Made by a program: the position numbers and the translations under genes
Notes under the pieces: model-generated
What the model was told of the DNA's origin: nothing
Database searches by the model: none
What the model saw: the letters and a program-made list of their open reading frames with translations, nothing else
Shown: positions 61,732 through 64,000 of the stretch, in pieces
Layout: every line of letters starts with the position of its first letter
Position numbering within the stretch: position 1 is the stretch's first letter
NCBI GenBank assembly: GCA_030704615.1
Contig: CM060734.1
Location: forward strand, 62,124,001 to 62,188,000
Length of the DNA: 64,000 nucleotides
From: Takakia lepidozioides
Taxonomy: Eukaryota > Plantae > Bryophyta
Direction of reading: 5' to 3'

Positions 61732-64000
61732 TGTTAGAGGGCTGCTTGGGACGTAGACGCTTTTATGGGTTCTGTGGGGTACCCTTAATTTTTGCGCAGA
61801 CTGAGACCAACAGGTGCCTTAGGGGTGGCAGGAGCAGGCTTTAGGGGGGGTTACACAGCCCGACACAGCTTTACACAGCCCATCACAATCTATCACAGCC
61901 AGACACAGCTTCACACAGCCCGACACACCTTCGCACAACCACTCACAGCCCGACACAGCTTCACACAGCCCGACATAGCTTCAACAGCCACTCACAGCCC
62001 GACACAGCTTCACACATCCCGACACAGCTTTACACAGCCAGTCACAGCTCGGCACAGCTTGACACAACCTGTCACAGTACATGGGGAACAATTATCATTG
62101 ACAGGAAACAACTGTGTGGGAACGACATCTGTAGAGGGAACGTGTTACTTTAGGGGTGACGGTTAGTTAGTTAGGTGATTAGAACAACTTGCGGGTAGAT
62201 TAGGCAGAGTGGCAACATGAAGGGGATCACTTCTTGAGGAGGGCGACTTGTTCAGGGGAGGAGGAGACGTAATGGTGAGCGGAAACAGTGAAGAGGAGAT
62301 GATGACTTGAATGAGGCTTAGTTCATGCAAGCTGTAAAATTATACAGTAGGGTAGAGTAGAGACACCATGGCTTAGGCATGATACATGATTAATCTTAAT
62401 TTGATACTAAAACGATACAAACATATTGTGTAGAGAGACACGAGAGAAGCTATGGAATGAATGCATGATTAATTGGAACTTAGTAGATACTGAAGCAATC
62501 TGATGTATACACAGTAAAGTAAATTGATAACATGAAGGCAGGAAAGAATACAAATAGGAAGCACAACCATGATTCACTAGCTGCAGGTCATGACTGATTG
62601 TTCTGAGCGGGCTGAGTGCTTAGAGATATCCAACTCTTCTATCTTGGAGTTTCCACCTCGGATAGCGAAGGGATGGGTGAGTAAAAGCCGCTCGACATTT
62701 GGCGACCATACTGGGGAACTGGGTCATGAACAACCAGATGTGACAGGCATCTGGTGGGATCATGGTGGTTGGAGAATTAAAGAATTTGATGTGAATCAAA
62801 TTCCGTGTAGAACTGAGAAGGAAAGATTGTCCAAACAATTCTTTCAGAGGTTTTTGGAATTGCCTGACGGTTGTAAGGAAAACATTCTTAAGAGAGTACA
62901 TGATGCTGATCCTGAGTGGGGTCTGGAGAAAGGGGTGATAAAGATTTATCAGGTGGCCTGTAAACGAAGAGCTATTTGGTTACCAACACTGGTTTATGTG
63001 ATAGCATTGCTATCCATTAAGCGAGTAGAGTTTGAAGGGTGGGAGGAAAGGAAGGTGAATGTTTATATTCATATGCATGAGGAGCTTGTACTGGTAAAGA
63101 ATTGGATTCCAAAGGATATTTTGTGGATCAAACTCACACCAAGAACAGCTTTTCAGACTTGTTTGCCATATGGTTATATGGTAACGGAGACTTCTAGTAT
63201 AGCCAAGGGTGCATTGAAGCTTGAAAGAAACCCAGGCATATACGAGAGATACTACAAAAGAGAGTTTTGGTTATTGCCACATTAAAGAAATGAAAGACAT
63301 GGGACATGAGTGATGAAAGAGAAGCTAGACTCCAAAGATATTCAGCAAAAAGAGAAAGTTATCTGAAAGCTAATTATCCATATCATTGGGAGAGAGGAAT
63401 AGACATAGGGGAATCATCTGGACCTCTCACACCATTAAGATCAGAGAGTACATCACCCATAGCGGAATAACCAGAGTTGGATGCCACTCCTTCTTTTTCT
63501 TTGCAAGAAAGGTTAAGGGAATTGGTACAGGAAGAAGATCAACCTCGAGGTGAAAGATCTGAGGTACATCCCTGGATAAAAGATTTGACAGAAATCTTTG
63601 ATAAGAGTTGGCATGGAACACCAAAAGCAGGAACTCCAGTTTCTGAAACAGAAGATGAAGAAGGAGGACAACGAAGAGTTCAAACTCTCCAACACCATTG
63701 CAATTGAGTTACATGAGTGAAGAAGAAGAAACCCAAGGGTAGAACTTGGAAGATGAAAACAGGGAGAAGAAATTGGAAGATGAAGAGTATGAAGAAGTAG
63801 ACCCAACAGCTGAGGTTGAGACTACAACCAGGACATCCCAACCCGTTGGACCTGGATCAAGTGGAGCACTTGGATCACATGCCAATGAAGGTGTCGGCTC
63901 AGGGGGATCAGGCGGGCAGCCTGGATCTGGCTCTTGGGGGACAGGGAGTGTGGGAAGTAGTGCAACTGGAGCTGGGAATACTGTGAATATAATGAGGCTA
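61732..64000 (+). mobile_element. Element G: 5' part of another B-family Gypsy copy (LTR 61732-62697, PBS 62700-62717, ORF0, gag from 63306)
   Basis: TGTTAGAGG...CTCGACA LTR, the same PBS as B, and gag MSDEREARLQRYSAK. Confidence 0.95.
62590..63285 (+). CDS. Open 5' extra ORF (ORF0, 231 aa, unknown function) of element G
   Basis: Uninterrupted ORF starting in the LTR, crossing the PBS and ending 20 nt before the gag ATG; homologues in B and C. Confidence 0.55.
   Translation: MTDCSERAECLEISNSSILEFPPRIAKGWVSKSRSTFGDHTGELGHEQPDVTGIWWDHGGWRIKEFDVNQIPCRTEKERLSKQFFQRFLELPDGCKENILKRVHDADPEWGLEKGVIKIYQVACKRRAIWLPTLVYVIALLSIKRVEFEGWEERKVNVYIHMHEELVLVKNWIPKDILWIKLTPRTAFQTCLPYGYMVTETSSIAKGALKLERNPGIYERYYKREFWLLPH

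Overview
Eukaryotic, almost certainly land-plant, repeat-dense DNA. Fragments of a PLS-class PPR gene, a COMT-type O-methyltransferase and OSB-like PDF motifs point to a plant host; a non-angiosperm host is only my inference. The window is a stack of nested transposons with no intact host gene. The main finding is a degenerate Ty3/Gypsy LTR retrotransposon (element A, 490-20570, +). Its pol carries a DNMT3-type C5 cytosine methyltransferase between protease and RT, and a PHD finger at the integrase C-terminus. The methyltransferase is hidden in the ORF track because a younger 12.9-kb Gypsy element (B, 2733-15619, TSD ACTTG) landed just before motif IV; removing B rejoins the frame exactly. B belongs to a non-chromovirus (Athila/Phygy/Selgy-like) family with five copies or fragments here: 1-489, B, C 27815-41406, rearranged D 27737-47975 and G 61732-end. 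This family has an extra 5' ORF, three gag knuckles, and a ~1,240-codon 3' ORF joined to integrase through a 30-bp repeat linker. Also present: nested CACTA ends, including a Pack-type CACTA with intron-containing host gene fragments and a putative SINE; a 4.2-kb CpG-rich multi-scale palindromic array next to a Mutator-like transposase remnant; and two chromovirus pieces flanking a PPR fragment. All calls come from reading motifs by eye and no database search was run.
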